DNA from: an uncultured bacterium
GTDB lineage: Bacteria; Acidobacteriota; HRBIN11; JAKEFK01
Length of the DNA: 64,000 nt
Direction: 5' to 3'
NCBI GenBank assembly: GCA_963771165.1
Contig: CAVYSN010000004.1
Span: 30,114 to 94,113, forward strand
Shown here: positions 9,182 to 19,103 of the stretch, piece after piece
Position numbering within the stretch: the first letter of the stretch is position 1
Layout: every line of letters starts with the position of its first letter
The notes under the pieces: generated by a model
Seen by the model: the letters and a program-made list of their open reading frames with translations, nothing else
The model's database searches: none
Told to the model about the DNA's origin: nothing
Translations under genes and position numbers: made by a program

Positions 9182-9874
9182 ATGAAAAAGGTTTTAGTCA
9201 CGGGCGGTACAAAAGGAATTGGAGAGGCAATCGCTTCACATTTACGCGCCTGCGGTTACGGCGTTATCACCTGTGCTCGTGAGGGGGCTGACATCCGTTG
9301 CGACGTCACCGACAGAACGCAGGTTGAGGCAATGCATACTGAAGTCGGTCCGGTTGAAATTTTGATCAATAATGCTGGGGGAGTTCACACTTCAGCGTTT
9401 TTGAAGACCACTGAAGAAGATTGGGACTGGCACTTTAACATAAACCTCAAAAGCATTTTTTACTGTACACAGACTTTTCTTCCTCCCATGCTGGAAAACA
9501 AATGGGGCCGAATCATCAATGTCGCGTCTACTGCCGGAAAAATCGGGGGCCGCTACATTTCCACATATGTCGCCGCAAAACATGCTGTGATCGGACTTAC
9601 ACGATCCCTCGCGCTGGAATATGCGGATAAAGGGATTACGGTGAATGCAGTTTGTCCCTCTTTCGTCGACACACCGATGCTGCGTGACGAAGCGAAACGT
9701 GTTTCGGAAAGGTCAGGAAAAAGTTTGGAATTTGTGATGGAGCGATTCCTCATGATGAACCCCCAAAAACGGTTTGTAACACCGCAGGAAGTGGCAACAG
9801 CCGTTCAATTTTTGATAGAAAACGGTGCCATCAACGGCCAGGCGCTTTCGATTTGTGGAGGCGAAACCAACTGA
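9182..9874 (+). CDS. Short-chain dehydrogenase/reductase (FabG / 3-hydroxyacyl-CoA dehydrogenase-like)
   Basis: MKKVLVTGGTKGIGEAIA is a Rossmann motif, and YVAAKHAV matches the catalytic YxxxK. The start is trimmed to ATG 9182 because the upstream part of the ORF is repeat sequence. Confidence 0.85.
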   Translation: MKKVLVTGGTKGIGEAIASHLRACGYGVITCAREGADIRCDVTDRTQVEAMHTEVGPVEILINNAGGVHTSAFLKTTEEDWDWHFNINLKSIFYCTQTFLPPMLENKWGRIINVASTAGKIGGRYISTYVAAKHAVIGLTRSLALEYADKGITVNAVCPSFVDTPMLRDEAKRVSERSGKSLEFVMERFLMMNPQKRFVTPQEVATAVQFLIENGAINGQALSICGGETN

Positions 9875-10317
9875 TGCGTATCTTGAATCCAAAAACCCTT
9901 GCCACTCCTCGCGGGTACAATCACGGAATCCAGGCAATCGGAAATCTCGTTTTCGTTTCGGGCCAGATCGGATGGGACAAAGAGGGTAAGGTTGCAGAAG
10001 GCCTTGTGAATCAATTCGAGCTGGCTCTGAAAAACATTCTTGTTGTTGTAGAAGATGCAGGCGGAAAAGCAGAAAATATTGCACGTCTCACAATTTTCAT
10101 CAAAGACAAGCAACAATATCTGGACCGGCGTAAGGAGATCGGCGAGCGCTACCGGTCCCTGATGGGCAAGCACTACCCTGCCATGAGCTTGCTGATCATT
10201 CAAGACTTGCTGGAAGAGAAAGCGCTCGTTGAAATTGAAGCCACAGCAGTGCTTGGCAAAACCTCCGGGCGCGGTCGCAGAGTTCGGCGGGCGAGCCGGC
10301 AGCGGTACAACCCATGA
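9874..10317 (+). CDS. RidA/YjgF family protein
   Basis: PRGYNHGIQAIGNLVFVSGQIGWD ... VEIEATAVL. The ATG overlaps the SDR stop (TGATG). Confidence 0.8.
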   Translation: MRILNPKTLATPRGYNHGIQAIGNLVFVSGQIGWDKEGKVAEGLVNQFELALKNILVVVEDAGGKAENIARLTIFIKDKQQYLDRRKEIGERYRSLMGKHYPAMSLLIIQDLLEEKALVEIEATAVLGKTSGRGRRVRRASRQRYNP

Positions 10318-11107
10318 ATGTACCGGAAAGTTTTGAGCTGCATATCGCGGACGGAATTGCGCAAATCGTTTTAAGCCGTCCTGAAGCATACAATGCCTTG
10401 ACTTTTGAAGTCTACAGAGAGCTTACGCAATGCTTCATCGAGCTTGAGGCGGAGGATCGTGTGCGAGTGGTGATTTTGACCGGACGCGGAAAAGCCTTTT
10501 GCAGTGGCGGCGATGTAAAGGACATCATCGGCGCGCTTTTGCATGCGGAGGAAGCCAGACTGCTGCAATTCACTCGAATGACATGCGAACTTGTTTGGAG
10601 CATGCGAACCTGTTCCAAACCAATCATTGCATGCCTGAACGGTGTAACAGCAGGTGCAGGGGCGATTCTTGCGATGGCATCCGATTTTCGTATCGCGGCA
10701 GATACTGCACGAATCGCGTTCCTGTTTGTCCGGGTCGGCCTTTCCGGCGCTGACATGGGCGCCTGTTACGTGCTTCCGAAAATTGTCGGTCTTGACAAAG
10801 GCAACAGAATTGTTGATGACAGGCGACTTCATTTCGGCAGAAGAAGCCCACCGAATCGGCCTTTACAATCGAGTCGTTCGGGCAGAAGAGTTATCCGATG
10901 TCGCGGCAGAACTGGCCACCAAACTCGCGACAGGACCGGCAAACGGGCTCGCCATCACCAAACAGCAGATCAATGCCGAAACGTCTGCCGCGTCTGAAAG
11001 AAGTTCTGGACGCAGAAGCAACCGTGCAAGCACAATGCATGCGACATCCCGACTTTGAAGAAGGTTATAACGCATTCATCGAAAAACGGAATCCGAAATT
11101 TCAATGA
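10314..11107 (+). CDS. Enoyl-CoA hydratase/isomerase family protein, 2 frame breaks
   Basis: VVILTGRGKAFCSGGDVKD ... ACLNGVTAGAGAILAMASDFRIA. The C-terminus continues in ORFs 10654..11058 and 10898..11107. It has an ATGA overlap with RidA. Confidence 0.85.
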
Positions 11108-12210
11108 TTCAACCTTTGCAGCCGGAATTTCAGCAATTGGAAAGCAAGGTCCAGGCTCTTTTTCAGGACAAAAAATGGGCTGTGGAAGAACGAAACGTTT
11201 TCATTTTGCAGAAGTCTCATTCAAGCATTCGGAAAAAACGGATTGCTTCAATTCGTCACGCCTGCGCCATCCGTTCGCAATCTTTGTTTTTTACGTTATG
11301 CGATCGCGCAAAGATCGGCCCTTGGAGATTTGCTTTTTGCCATGCAGGGTCTTGGAAGTTATCCGATCACTCTTGCCGGCAGTGATGAACAAAAGGAGAA
11401 AGTATTTAAGCGGGGTCGCGAATGGGAGACCTGGTTGCGGCATTTGCGATGACAGAGCCGCAAGCAGGTTCTGATGCAGGCTCCATGACAATGAGGGCGG
11501 AAGCACAAGATGGCGGTTACCTGTCTTGAACGGCACTAAAACTTTGATCAGCAATGCAGGACTCGCTGACTTTTATACACTGTTTGCCAGAACTTCGGAA
11601 GGTTCGCGTGGAGTAACCGCTTTTATCCTGGAAGCTTCTTCGCAAGGAGTGCAAACCAAACAGCAGGAGCTTGTTGCGGCCCATCCGATCGGCCAATTGG
11701 AATTGCAGGGATTGCTTCATTCCTGCGAACCTGCGTCTGGGCAACGAGGGGGAAGGGTTGAAGATCGCGTACAGCACGCTCGATGTGTTTCGTCCGAGTG
11801 TCGCAGCGGCAGCAGTCGGAATGGCGGAACGCGCATTTCAAGAAGCTGTCAACTTTGCGAAACAGCGGAAACAGTTTGGTAAAACGATTGCCGAGTTTCA
11901 AGGGATTCAATTCAAGATCGCTGAAATGGCCCAGTTGCTGCAAGCGTCGAAATTACTTGTCTGGGACGCTGCATCAAAAAAGGATACGGGAGCCGCGCGA
12001 ATCACGTTGGAAGCAGCGCTGGCGAAATCCTATGCTACAGAAGCGGCTCAGCAGATCATTGACCAGGCATTGCAAATTCATGGTGGCGTCGGATTGCTTC
12101 GAGGTTCCATCACGGAACGGCTTTACCGCGACATTCGCGCATTGCGCATCTATGAAGGAACCACCGAAGTGCTGAAGACCTTGATCGCGCAGCAATATTT
12201 GAACGCTTGA
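11104..12210 (+). CDS. Acyl-CoA dehydrogenase, at least 4 frame breaks
   Basis: The pieces read ...AFGKNGLLQF..., FAMQGLGSYPITLAGSDEQKEK, AAFAMTEPQAGSDAGS, LNGTKTLISNAG, and the C-terminus QIHGGVGLLRGSITERLYRDIRALRIYEGTTEV. Confidence 0.85.
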
Positions 12211-12212
12211 TT

Positions 12213-12281
12213 TTTACAAAAGGAAGCAAAGAAAGCGAAGAACAAAGAATTCTCTTTGCTACCTTCGCTATCTTCTGTAAA
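12213..12281. repeat. Word-hairpin element, AGCAAAG family (F3)
   Basis: tttacaaaaggaagcaaagaaagcgaagaacaaag / ctctttgctaccttcgctatcttctgtaaa. It fills the whole 73-nt spacer and ends 2 nt before ATG 12284. Confidence 0.85.
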
Positions 12282-12283
12282 AA

Positions 12284-13739
12284 ATGAGCGGCATGCTGTT
12301 TTCACCCTTCGAAATCAACGGGATGATCCTTTCGAACCGGCTCGTTTTGCCGGCTATGGTCACGCGTCTTTCCGGTGAAGATGGATTTGTGAACAAAGAT
12401 ATTCGCGATCGATATTTGCGTTTTGCGCGCGGCGAAGTGGGGATGATCGTTATCGAAGCGATGGGGGTGCATGATACACGAAGCGGTCCATTGTTGCGCT
12501 TAAGCCGCGACGAGTTCATCCCTGGACTGTCAGACATGGCAAAAGCGATTCACGACTCGAGTCCAAGCAAAGTGGTTCCGCAGATCATTCACTTTCTGAA
12601 AGTTGCGCGAAGCGGATGGCGTCAAAAGATTAAGGATTTAACAAAGGATGAAATCCGTTCGATTGTGGATGCTTACGCTGCTGCAGCAGGCAGGGCGCGG
12701 CAAGCCGGATTTGATGGTGTTGAGCTTCACATGGCTCACGCATATACCATTTCTTCTTTTTTGTCCTTACGAAATTTGCGCAATGATGAGTATGGCCGTT
12801 CGCTTGAAAATCGGATGCGGCATGATGAGCGAAATCATTGTGCGGGTGCGGAAAATGATTGGCAATGATTTTCCTTTAGGCATCCGGTTTGACGGCGAAG
12901 AGTGCATCAAGAATGGTTATACATTGAACGATTCGCGTCAGATGGCTTTGAGAATGGCTCAGCTTGGTGTCGATTGGATCAGTGTTTCCGCGGGCGGAAA
13001 ATTTGAAGATGCCGTCCATAAACCGGGAACTCCGTTGTATCCGTACACCGGTTACAGCGGCGATAGATGCATGCCAAGCGCACATTACCCGGATATGGCC
13101 AATGTCCCTGTTACGGAAGGAATTCGCGCGTACATCCGCGAACATGGTTTCACAGTGCCTTTGATTGCAACAGGCAAGATTCGAACCCCGGAACAGGCGG
13201 AAATTCTTTTGAAGCAGGAACGAGCCGATCTCATCGGAATGGCAAGGGCGTTGCTGGCCGATCCGGATCTGCCGAAGAAAGCGCGTGAAGGAAGAACGGA
13301 TAAAATCATTCGATGCACGTACGGGAATGTTTGCAAAAATCTCGATGAGAACTTTCACAAAGTGACGTGCGTTCTTTGGCCCAAAGGTAGCTTGCAAGCG
13401 CCTGACAGTTCCGATGCAGAGGCTCCTCTCTGGCCCAACGAAGGGGCCAGTCTGCAAGCATCCTGCGAAAACGGACAGATCTTTCTTCGATGGAACCATG
13501 CTTTCGATAGGGACCAGTTGTATGGTTATGAAATCTACAGATCGATAGACGGAAAGAGTTTCGATCACGTCACCTCTGTAAAACGAACAACTTTCTATGA
13601 TCTGGATGTTGTGGCATCCAAAACTTATTCGTATTACGTTGTGGCTTACGATCTGGCCGGGAATCATTCGGAATACTCGAATACAGTAAAAATGGGCCTG
13701 CGACCCGCCATCGCGGCGAATCATCCCTGTGAAATCTAA
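12284..13739 (+). CDS. Old Yellow Enzyme family NADH:flavin oxidoreductase with a C-terminal FN3-like domain; one frame break near 12830
   Basis: The N-terminus reads FSPFEINGMILSNRLVLPAM ... GFDGVELHMAHAYTISSFLS. The C-terminus (~13425..13700) reads IFLRWNHAFDRDQLYGYEIYRSIDG ... YSYYVVAYDLAGNHSEYSN, an FN3 pattern. Confidence 0.8.
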
Positions 13740-15438
13740 AATCTGGAACTCTCTGAAAAATTATGAATGGCCGATCCTATGGCTCGCCGCGGTTACCGCT
13801 CTGATTCTGGGCATTTTAGGGTTCAAACAATATTTTGGAAACACACGAACGGAGTGGGACGTACTTTATCTGGCGCTCCAGCTTTTTACGATGGAATCGG
13901 GGTTTCAATCAGGCACAATCGGACCAGTGCTGAATATTGCGAGGTTCCTGGCGCCTCTGGTGACCGTTTATACGGCAACCAAGGCGTTGACTGTCATTTT
14001 TCGAAACCAGTTGCAGCTTGTCCGGCTCAAAACGCAGCAAGGGCATGTTGTGATTGCAGGACTTGGCCGCTCGGGAGTGCTGTTTGCGGAAGCATTTCGA
14101 AAAGCCGGGGAATCCGTGGTTGTCATCGAGAAAAATGAAGACAACGATCAGCTCGAAAATTGCCGCGATGTGGGGGCACTCACACTGGTGGGGGATGCGC
14201 GTACACCGGAGGTTCTGGCCAAAGCCAGAGTAGATCAGGCGCGCGTGCTGATCTGCGTTGCGGGAGAGGATGGTGTAAATGCGGAAATTGCAGTTCAAAC
14301 CAGAGGAATGCTCATTGAGCAAAACGGCAGGCTTACATCGGTCGTTCACATCGTGGATTCGCAACTACGTCAACTCCTCCGAAAACAAGAGCTGATGACC
14401 CTGAAAAACAATCGTATGCGAGTGGAATTTTTCAATGTTTATGAAAGCGCAATCCGCGATCTTCTGGTTCGTTATCCGGCGTTTCAGCAGAGTGGTTCTC
14501 CCAATCTCCTGATCATCGGGTTAGGCCAGATGGGAGAAACTCTTTTGCTTGCGACTGCCCGGAACTGGATCCAAAAAAGATCAAGCCCGTCGGAACGGCT
14601 GGCGGTAACTGTCGTGGATCGATCGGCAAAGAAAAAAGTCGAGGCCCTGAGCGCTCGTTATCCGTATCTAGCAGGAAATTGTTCGATCATAACCTCGGAA
14701 ATGGAAGTTGCCTCTCCTCAATTCTATGAAAGAACGTTTCTAAAAAATCCAGATACGTCGGACGTTTACGTTTGTCTGGACAACGATTCGCTCGTGCTTT
14801 CAACAGCGCTTTTGCTGCGTCAATGGCTCCCTGCTACAACGCCCATTTATGTGCGCATGTCTCAGACAGGCGGATTGTCGACGCTTCTGGAACATCCAGC
14901 CGGGATGCAGGAGAAATCGAAGTTGATTCCGTTTGGGAGCGTGGAGCGCTTCTGTACGCCGGAACTGTTGTCCCGCGGAATGAAAGAAATTCTGGCGCGA
15001 GTCATCCATGAAGAATATGTGAAAGATCTCAAACAGGAAGGTGCTTCTCCGGAACACAATCCATCCCTGTCCTCATGGGAGGAACTCCCTGAATGGTTGA
15101 AAGAATCAAACAGAACTCAGGCGGATCACATTGGTGAAAAACTGAAATCCGTTCAGTGTGATCTGATCTCGTTCTCCAATGAAGAAGCAGAAACATTTCA
15201 ATTCTCCGATCCAGAAATTGAGTCGTTGGCGAAAATGGAACATGAACGGTGGGTCGAGGAACGAAAGAAGGACGGATGGAAGTATGCGCCGGGCGAAAAA
15301 GACATAAAGAACAAGACGAGTCCTTATCTCCTGCCTTACGAAGAGATTTCTGAACAGGTCAAAGAGTACAATCGGAATACTGTCCGTGAGCTGCCGCGCT
15401 TCCTCGCAAGGGCGGGGTATCAGATTTATAGAATTTAA
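13729..15438 (+). CDS. Membrane-anchored RCK/TrkA-N protein with C-terminal RyR-domain repeats
   Basis: There are 2-3 N-terminal TM helices. GHVVIAGLGRSGVLFAEAF is a Rossmann motif. The C-terminus MEHERWVEERKKDGWKYAPGEKDIKNKTSPYLLPYEEISEQVKEYNRNTV matches the bacterial RyR-domain pattern, with a weaker upstream repeat. Confidence 0.7.
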   Translation: MKSKIWNSLKNYEWPILWLAAVTALILGILGFKQYFGNTRTEWDVLYLALQLFTMESGFQSGTIGPVLNIARFLAPLVTVYTATKALTVIFRNQLQLVRLKTQQGHVVIAGLGRSGVLFAEAFRKAGESVVVIEKNEDNDQLENCRDVGALTLVGDARTPEVLAKARVDQARVLICVAGEDGVNAEIAVQTRGMLIEQNGRLTSVVHIVDSQLRQLLRKQELMTLKNNRMRVEFFNVYESAIRDLLVRYPAFQQSGSPNLLIIGLGQMGETLLLATARNWIQKRSSPSERLAVTVVDRSAKKKVEALSARYPYLAGNCSIITSEMEVASPQFYERTFLKNPDTSDVYVCLDNDSLVLSTALLLRQWLPATTPIYVRMSQTGGLSTLLEHPAGMQEKSKLIPFGSVERFCTPELLSRGMKEILARVIHEEYVKDLKQEGASPEHNPSLSSWEELPEWLKESNRTQADHIGEKLKSVQCDLISFSNEEAETFQFSDPEIESLAKMEHERWVEERKKDGWKYAPGEKDIKNKTSPYLLPYEEISEQVKEYNRNTVRELPRFLARAGYQIYRI

Positions 15439-15540
15439 TCCCCATACCGTGGCCGAGCCTGTTGAAAAATTCGAAGAAGGAGTATTTTCTAGAAGGAGCG
15501 CGGGCCCACGTCACAGAATAGTTAAGACTATAATGAACCT

Positions 15541-16728
15541 ATGGATGATTTAGCACGATATCGTTCGGAGTTTCCGATTCTGGAATCCACCACATACATG
15601 ATCAGTCATTCGCTTGGCGCGATGCCGCGAAAGGTTTACGACAAGCTTCGTTCGTATGCAGATATGTGGGCAACGCGCGGAATCCGGGCATGGGCCGAAG
15701 GCTGGTGGGACATGCCGGTGACAACAGGCAATCTGATTGCGTCGTTGATTGGCGCCAGCCCGGGCGAAGTTGTGATGCACCAGAATGTTTCGGTTGCTGT
15801 TTCAATCATTCTCTCTTCGTTTGTCTATCAAACGCCACGAAACAAGATTCTTTATTTTGAAGTCGATTTTCCAACAGTGATCTACGTATTGGAGGCGCAA
15901 AAACGGCGCGGCGCAGAAGTTGTGGGAATTCCTTCCTCAGAAGGATTAAAAGTACCGGTCGATGCGATGCTCCATGCAATTGATGAACGAACTTTGATCG
16001 TCTCGCTCTCTTATGTCTTTTTCAAGAACTCTGAAAAGATCGATATAGCAAAGATCGTTAAAAAAGCGCATGAACAAGGGGCCATGGTTTTGCTGGATGT
16101 CTATCAAGCAACCGGGACAGTGCCTGTCAATGTGCAGCAAATGAACATCGATTTCCTTGTTGGCGGGTCTGTGAAATGGCTCTGCGGCGGACCGGGAGCC
16201 GGTTATTTGTACGTGAACCCGAAACTGTACGACAAGATTGAACCGGCCGTAACAGGCTGGATGGCACACGAACATCCGTTTGCTTTTGAAACAGGCCCGA
16301 TCAAGTATGCTCATAACAGCATGCGTTTTCTGCACGGTTCACCCCAAATCCCCGCTCTCTACGGGGCACAGGCAGGATACGAAATCATCAACGAAATCGG
16401 CGTTGATAAAATTCGACAGAAATCCTTGCGACAAACGGATCTCATCTTCAAACTTTGCGATCAACACGGTTACAAAACCCGAACGCCACGACAGCCGGGG
16501 CAACGCGGTGGAACAGTGGTTGTGGATGTGCCGTATGGAGATGCAGTGCTCAAAGAGATGACGGCGCAAAACGTGCTGGCCGATTACAGGCCGGATGCCG
16601 GAATCCGAATCTCGCCTCACTTCTATACGCTGGATTCTGAAATTGAAACGACGTTTCAAGTCATGGAACGGATTTTCGAAACGCGATCGTATGAAAAACA
16701 CATACAACAAAAAGGAAGTTTGTACTGA
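15541..16728 (+). CDS. kynU: Kynureninase
   Basis: 395 aa of the class V aminotransferase fold with a kynureninase-type N-terminus (YRSEFPILESTTYMISHSLGAMP...WATRGIRAW). It is immediately followed by TDO. Confidence 0.8.
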   Translation: MDDLARYRSEFPILESTTYMISHSLGAMPRKVYDKLRSYADMWATRGIRAWAEGWWDMPVTTGNLIASLIGASPGEVVMHQNVSVAVSIILSSFVYQTPRNKILYFEVDFPTVIYVLEAQKRRGAEVVGIPSSEGLKVPVDAMLHAIDERTLIVSLSYVFFKNSEKIDIAKIVKKAHEQGAMVLLDVYQATGTVPVNVQQMNIDFLVGGSVKWLCGGPGAGYLYVNPKLYDKIEPAVTGWMAHEHPFAFETGPIKYAHNSMRFLHGSPQIPALYGAQAGYEIINEIGVDKIRQKSLRQTDLIFKLCDQHGYKTRTPRQPGQRGGTVVVDVPYGDAVLKEMTAQNVLADYRPDAGIRISPHFYTLDSEIETTFQVMERIFETRSYEKHIQQKGSLY

Positions 16729-16729
16729 A

Positions 16730-17518
16730 ATGGATTACGGTGAATCTAAGCTTACATACGGCGAGTACTTAAAAGTTCCCGACCTGCTGAAACTGCAGCA
16801 TTGCCTCAGCGATCCTGAGAGCCATGATGAGCTGCAGTTCATCATCGTCCATCAAGCATACGAGCTGTGGTTTAAGCTCGTTCTATTTGAGCTCGACTCG
16901 ATCGTCAAAGCAATGAACGAAGGAAACGCGAAATATGCAGTCTGGCTTTTTCAACGGGTTATTTCTATTGAACGGCTTTTGAATCAACAGATCCACATAC
17001 TGGAAACGATGAGCCCTTTGGATTTCCTGCGTTTCCGTGGAAAATTAAACCCTGCCAGTGGATTTCAGTCGGTTCAATTTCGCGAAATTGAATTCATTTC
17101 GAATTTGAAAGAACCTGAGCTGATAAAACGTTTAGAATCGGACCCTGAGAGTCTGGCGAAATTGCAAAAACGTTTGAACGAACCCTCTCTCTGGGACGCT
17201 TTTCTCGGAGTTCTCGAACGAAATGGATTTGAAATTCCTCCAGACCGCGACAGCACAAAGCTGAAGCAGCAGCTTGTCCGGCTGTATGAGAACTCCGATC
17301 AGCACTACGACCTATTTTTACTGGCTGAATCCCTGATCGAACATGATGAGCTTCTTGGATTGTGGAGAGTTCACCATGTCCGCATGGTGGAGAGGATGAT
17401 CGGAAATAAGATCGGAACCGGAGGAAGTGAAGGGGTTCGATATCTCACAAGCACCCTGATGAAAAAATGCTTCCCGGAACTCTGGGACATGCGAACGATG
17501 CTTGGAAACGAGCAATGA
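16730..17518 (+). CDS. kynA: Tryptophan 2,3-dioxygenase
   Basis: LTYGEYLKVPDLLKLQH...HDELQFIIVHQAYELWFKLVLFEL. The ATG is 1 nt after the kynU stop. Confidence 0.9.
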   Translation: MDYGESKLTYGEYLKVPDLLKLQHCLSDPESHDELQFIIVHQAYELWFKLVLFELDSIVKAMNEGNAKYAVWLFQRVISIERLLNQQIHILETMSPLDFLRFRGKLNPASGFQSVQFREIEFISNLKEPELIKRLESDPESLAKLQKRLNEPSLWDAFLGVLERNGFEIPPDRDSTKLKQQLVRLYENSDQHYDLFLLAESLIEHDELLGLWRVHHVRMVERMIGNKIGTGGSEGVRYLTSTLMKKCFPELWDMRTMLGNEQ

Positions 17519-17528
17519 GTCACGGGTT

Positions 17529-18266
17529 ATGAGTTTTGAATGGCAGGAGAAAACCTGGACGGATCTCGAAAAGCATAGGCCGGACGTTGCTTTGCTGCCG
17601 GTCGGCTCCACAGAAGCTCACGGACCTCATCTGCCGCTCGCAACAGATTCGATCATTTCAACAGAAATGGCGAGACGCGCGGCGGCCGAATTGGCAAAGC
17701 AGAACGTTCATGCTCTCATACTCCCCTGTCTTGATTATGCAATCACAGAGTTCAGCAAAGATTTTTACGGGACGATCAGCGTTCGCAAGGATACTTTTCA
17801 AAACCTTCTTCGTGATATTGCGGATAACCTGGCAGCTCAATCGACAGGCCTGCTTTGCATTGTGAATTCGCACCTGGAACCAGACCATATTCAAGCTATT
17901 CAGGAATTTTGCAATTCATACAAGAAGCTGCCGGTTCTTTTCCCGGATAAAACAAAAAAGCCGTGGGGAGCACTATTGACATCCGAATTCAAACAGGGAG
18001 CGTGTCACGCCGGCTGTTATGAAACATCACTCATTCTTCCAGTTCGTGAAGATCTGGTGCGTCCGGAACGAAGTGAACTACGGTCCAATCCGGTCAATCT
18101 TGCGAGACTTATGAAGGAAGGTGTGAAATCCTTTCGAGAAGCGGGAGCCGAGCAGGCATATTTTGGAGATCCCGCAAACGCGACGAAAGAAGAAGGGGAA
18201 CAGACTTACGGCATTTTGACTCGTATGATCGTGGAAACTGTTTTGGATCATCTGCGGAAACCATGA
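17529..18266 (+). CDS. Creatininase-family amidohydrolase
   Basis: LPVGSTEAHGPHLPLATD is the creatininase-family metal-site signature. The gene starts 10 nt after the kynA stop. Confidence 0.8.
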   Translation: MSFEWQEKTWTDLEKHRPDVALLPVGSTEAHGPHLPLATDSIISTEMARRAAAELAKQNVHALILPCLDYAITEFSKDFYGTISVRKDTFQNLLRDIADNLAAQSTGLLCIVNSHLEPDHIQAIQEFCNSYKKLPVLFPDKTKKPWGALLTSEFKQGACHAGCYETSLILPVREDLVRPERSELRSNPVNLARLMKEGVKSFREAGAEQAYFGDPANATKEEGEQTYGILTRMIVETVLDHLRKP

Positions 18267-18991
18267 ACCAGGGAATCGAAATCGGGTCCTGTCTTGTCAG
18301 AAGCTGGACCCTCTACAAGAGTGAATTCGGTCTAATCTTCTTTACCACTCTGGTTGTTACGATTGCCGCTTCAGCTGCGAGCGGTTTTCCCTATATAGGC
18401 CCGGTGATAGGGCTCGCACTAAACGGTGTATTGTATGGAGGACTGTATTCGTTCTATCTGAAACTCATTCGTGGACAGAAGGCGGAGTTGCCGGATGCTT
18501 TTGCAGGCTTCCAGACAGCACTTGTTCCATTGATTCTGGGGAGCTTGCTTACAAATGTGTTGTTTGCTGCCCTCATCATCATTGCTTCTCTTCCCATGCT
18601 CATTCCTCTGGTTCCGCTGCTCATTAAATACTCCAAGGATCCTGCTCTTGCGCCCGATATCCTGCTTCCTGCCCTGGGGGCCGGCGCGATCGTAAACATT
18701 GTTTTGGCAGCTGCTCTTGCGATGTTGCTCTATCTCCTGTGGATCTTCACATTCCCGCTGATCATAGACAAACGGATGGAAGTCTGGCAGGCAATGGAAA
18801 CCAGCCGCAAGACTGTGATGAATAACTTTGGCGCAATGCTAGGCCTTTTTTTCGTGGGCATTCTGTTGACCCTTCTCGGTGTGCTCGCCTGTTGCATCGG
18901 TATGTTTTTTACGTTACCAGTGTTTTTCGGAGCGATAGCTTACGCTTACGAGGACCTATTCGCCGGGAGCGATCGATCCCCGTCCATCTAA
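18263..18991 (+). CDS. Integral membrane protein, unknown function
   Basis: 242 aa with 5-6 hydrophobic helices. It has an ATGA overlap with the preceding gene. Confidence 0.55.
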   Translation: MNQGIEIGSCLVRSWTLYKSEFGLIFFTTLVVTIAASAASGFPYIGPVIGLALNGVLYGGLYSFYLKLIRGQKAELPDAFAGFQTALVPLILGSLLTNVLFAALIIIASLPMLIPLVPLLIKYSKDPALAPDILLPALGAGAIVNIVLAAALAMLLYLLWIFTFPLIIDKRMEVWQAMETSRKTVMNNFGAMLGLFFVGILLTLLGVLACCIGMFFTLPVFFGAIAYAYEDLFAGSDRSPSI

Positions 18992-19103
18992 GAATCCAAC
19001 ACCTGTCATCAAAAAAAAGGACATTCTCCCCCGTTTTCAAAACTCCCTCCTCGAATAGAACTATTGGTATCGAACTTGCATCTAATAGTAGTGGAGGGCG
19101 AAA

